From a virus (Duplodnaviria; Caudoviricetes), in the IMG/VR virus record IMGVR_UViG_3300042393_000543, positions 1 to 24,660 of that record: a stretch of 24,660 nucleotides of DNA; one strand, given 5' to 3'. A program made the position numbers and the translations under genes. Under the pieces are notes generated by a model. That model made no database searches. It was not told the origin of the DNA and was given only the letters and a program-made list of their open reading frames with translations. Position 1 is the stretch's first letter. Each line of letters opens with the position of its first letter. This document shows, piece by piece, positions 22,834 to 24,660 of this stretch.

Positions 22834-23719
22834 AACCGCGCGCCCTCATACTCAATTCCACGTCCATCAAATCCCGCTGCCCGCTGTTCGTCGGGGCTGG
22901 GCTTGCCATTGCCCGGCCAAACGCAGCCTCGCTGTACGACTCAGGCCGCCACGCGATGAAGAAGGGCTCAGTCTCGATCGAGCGTTGCAGCAGCGGCCAG
23001 TTTTCCCTGATCCACGCCGACGTAAGATTGCGCCAGGCGAATGAGGATTGCAGGTAGGTGCGGAATTTTGACCGGCCGAGATATTCGCCGGACTCCGACT
23101 CATTCATTTTCATGACGGTTTGCCGAGCCATCATGATCGGCGTGTGCCCGCCAAAGATTGGCCGCTCCATTTGCAGCGCCCGGCCAAATTTAATCACGCC
23201 AATCTCGGGCGCGGTTCCGCCTGTAATTCTGATCCGCCAACTGCCGAAAGCTTGCAGCGGGAAGATCACGAATATATCGCTGTCATCCGTGATGGCCGTA
23301 TCCGGGATCAGGTCTATCCAAACCGTGTCCTCTAGATACTGCACCTGCAATGTCCAGCCGTTAGTACCAAGCGTGTGCGCGCCAATGCAGCAATAATCGC
23401 AGGCAACGCTGGCGCCAAAATCTATCGCCCAGGTCTGCGTTGTTGCTGTGTTTGGTTTCCAGCGCTCATAGGTCAGCGTATTGTCGGGAGCCGCTGCAAA
23501 ATAGCCGACCGCCGTTGACGAGGCATCGATAACGCCGCCGCTGTGCCAGTTCCCCGAGTGCGCGATCCGCGCGTGAGTCGAGGGTAGGTCCGCAACAGTG
23601 TTGAAATTCAGCAGTATTTTATCGGCGGTTTCAAGCAAGAGCCGATCGGCGGTTTCCATAAGGAGAAAACCGCTGTCAGGCGTGTATGGCGTATAGCCGG
23701 TGGAAAAGATGACGGTCAT
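22826..23719 (-). CDS. Distal tail (Dit-like) virion protein (297 aa)
   Basis: GAGG RBS, ATG 23719 (MTVIFSTGY...); jelly-roll-like middle, PFFIAWRP C-terminal region; position between tape measure and hub. Confidence 0.6.
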   Translation of the reverse strand: MTVIFSTGYTPYTPDSGFLLMETADRLLLETADKILLNFNTVADLPSTHARIAHSGNWHSGGVIDASSTAVGYFAAAPDNTLTYERWKPNTATTQTWAIDFGASVACDYCCIGAHTLGTNGWTLQVQYLEDTVWIDLIPDTAITDDSDIFVIFPLQAFGSWRIRITGGTAPEIGVIKFGRALQMERPIFGGHTPIMMARQTVMKMNESESGEYLGRSKFRTYLQSSFAWRNLTSAWIRENWPLLQRSIETEPFFIAWRPESYSEAAFGRAMASPAPTNSGQRDLMDVELSMRARGYD

Positions 23720-23726
23720 TTGCGCC

Positions 23727-24500
23727 TCACGCCATGCGATAGATGTGGCAGACGCTGGCCGATGTTTTCCGAACACGGAAATGGCCGGACGTGTTAAGCA
23801 AAACCGCGCCTGAGCCCACCAGCGTCACGTCAGTATTTGCCACAATAGTCGCTGTGCCGCTGCCGATATTGATTACCGAGAAGTCAAAAGAGGCGTTGTT
23901 TGACATTGAAGCTGGGAGGCCAGCAATGATGTTTGTGCCAGTTGGGGAGGTAAGGTTTGCCGCTGCCCCGTTATACTGGATCACCTTTGTCAGCAGTTCT
24001 GCGATGGTCAGTGTCGCCGCCGCAGTTTTTGTGGTATGCGTGACCTGCTGAACGTACATAGTCCCGCGCGCCTGGATGTCGCCAATCGCGTCAATGGAGA
24101 CAAGCGGTGCTGCGACTCCCACCCCAAGAAAGCCGTTCGAATGGATGCGCATTTTCTCGCTGCTGGCAGTCCGCCAACTATGCGTGATTACGCCAGTGGC
24201 GTCTGAAATCATCGTGTAGTCAGTTGAAACCACCGTCTCGCCGTCCATCGTCTGGAAGTAAAAAATGTCAACCGATCTGAGTATGCGAGTCGTTTGGAAG
24301 CCTACAGTCCCGTCAGTCTCAATAAACCGCAGGGTCGGGTTTGTGCTCTCAAGCTGAATTTCCGGGCACGACTTGAAGAACTCCGCCCTTGTGACCTTTT
24401 TTGTCTGCGGGATGGAGACATCAACCACCGGAAAAACGTCAGTGTTTGCCAACTCCGACCCGAGCATCGCCGTCAAAGCTGTGATTTTCGTATCGGCCAT
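23727..24500 (-). CDS. Accessory fibre-like virion protein (257 aa)
   Basis: MADTKITALT...DVFPVVDVS..TKKVT anchor-like N-terminus; EKMRIHSNGFLGVG fibre-shaft-like segment. Confidence 0.65.
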   Translation of the reverse strand: MADTKITALTAMLGSELANTDVFPVVDVSIPQTKKVTRAEFFKSCPEIQLESTNPTLRFIETDGTVGFQTTRILRSVDIFYFQTMDGETVVSTDYTMISDATGVITHSWRTASSEKMRIHSNGFLGVGVAAPLVSIDAIGDIQARGTMYVQQVTHTTKTAAATLTIAELLTKVIQYNGAAANLTSPTGTNIIAGLPASMSNNASFDFSVINIGSGTATIVANTDVTLVGSGAVLLNTSGHFRVRKTSASVCHIYRMA

Positions 24501-24515
24501 TTTTTTATCTTTCCC

Positions 24516-24659
24516 TTACCGAAGAAGAATTTGTGCGCCATCTGCCGTGGCAGAGTTGATCGCGTTGATTAGCTGCAAGACCTGATCGCGGCTGTAGAGG
24601 TCGCCGCCGACAAGTTGGAGAGAGACTTGGGTTGAAGTTGTCGCCGCGCCGCTAGTGGC
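24516..24659 (-). CDS. C-terminal fragment of the probable tape measure protein (partial, runs off the window)
   Basis: Hand translation ...ATSGAATTSTQVSLQLVGGDLYSRDQVLQLINAINSATADGAQILLR*; position upstream of the tail-tip genes. Confidence 0.55.
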   Translation of the reverse strand, partial: ATSGAATTSTQVSLQLVGGDLYSRDQVLQLINAINSATADGAQILLR

Positions 24660-24660
24660 A

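Overview
The window is part of a tailed dsDNA phage genome (probably a siphovirus of an Alphaproteobacterium, likely Rhodobacterales, judged from GTA-like head-spike genes). From left to right it has: two leftward hypothetical genes (60-941); a ~1.2 kb non-coding, repeat-rich divergent control region (~950-2200); a rightward early operon of small hypothetical genes (2215-6586); a replication/recombination module (UvrD-like helicase, HIRAN protein, RHH-like protein, Cas4-like PD-(D/E)XK nuclease, Sak4-like AAA ATPase, SSB-like protein, DUF6378, ParB-methyltransferase fusion, UDG-exonuclease fusion, DUF1937, family A DNA polymerase, DUF3987-like ATPase; 6712-18863); and the convergently transcribed end of the virion module (tape-measure C-terminus, fibre, distal tail/hub, fibre plus chaperone, head-spike pair; 18910-24660). 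The most striking signal is in the RNA. Four consecutive gene junctions of the early operon each carry a structured element between a stop codon and the next RBS. Two are copies of an unrecognised covarying motif, and two are type II hammerhead ribozymes with a conserved pseudoknot that bracket a gene ending in the SSB-tail motif DDIPF. Also notable are a 35-bp palindrome present three times, a PolA whose proofreading domain appears split over two genes, and a symmetric origin/packaging-like region. Protein family calls come from motif recognition by eye, not database searches.
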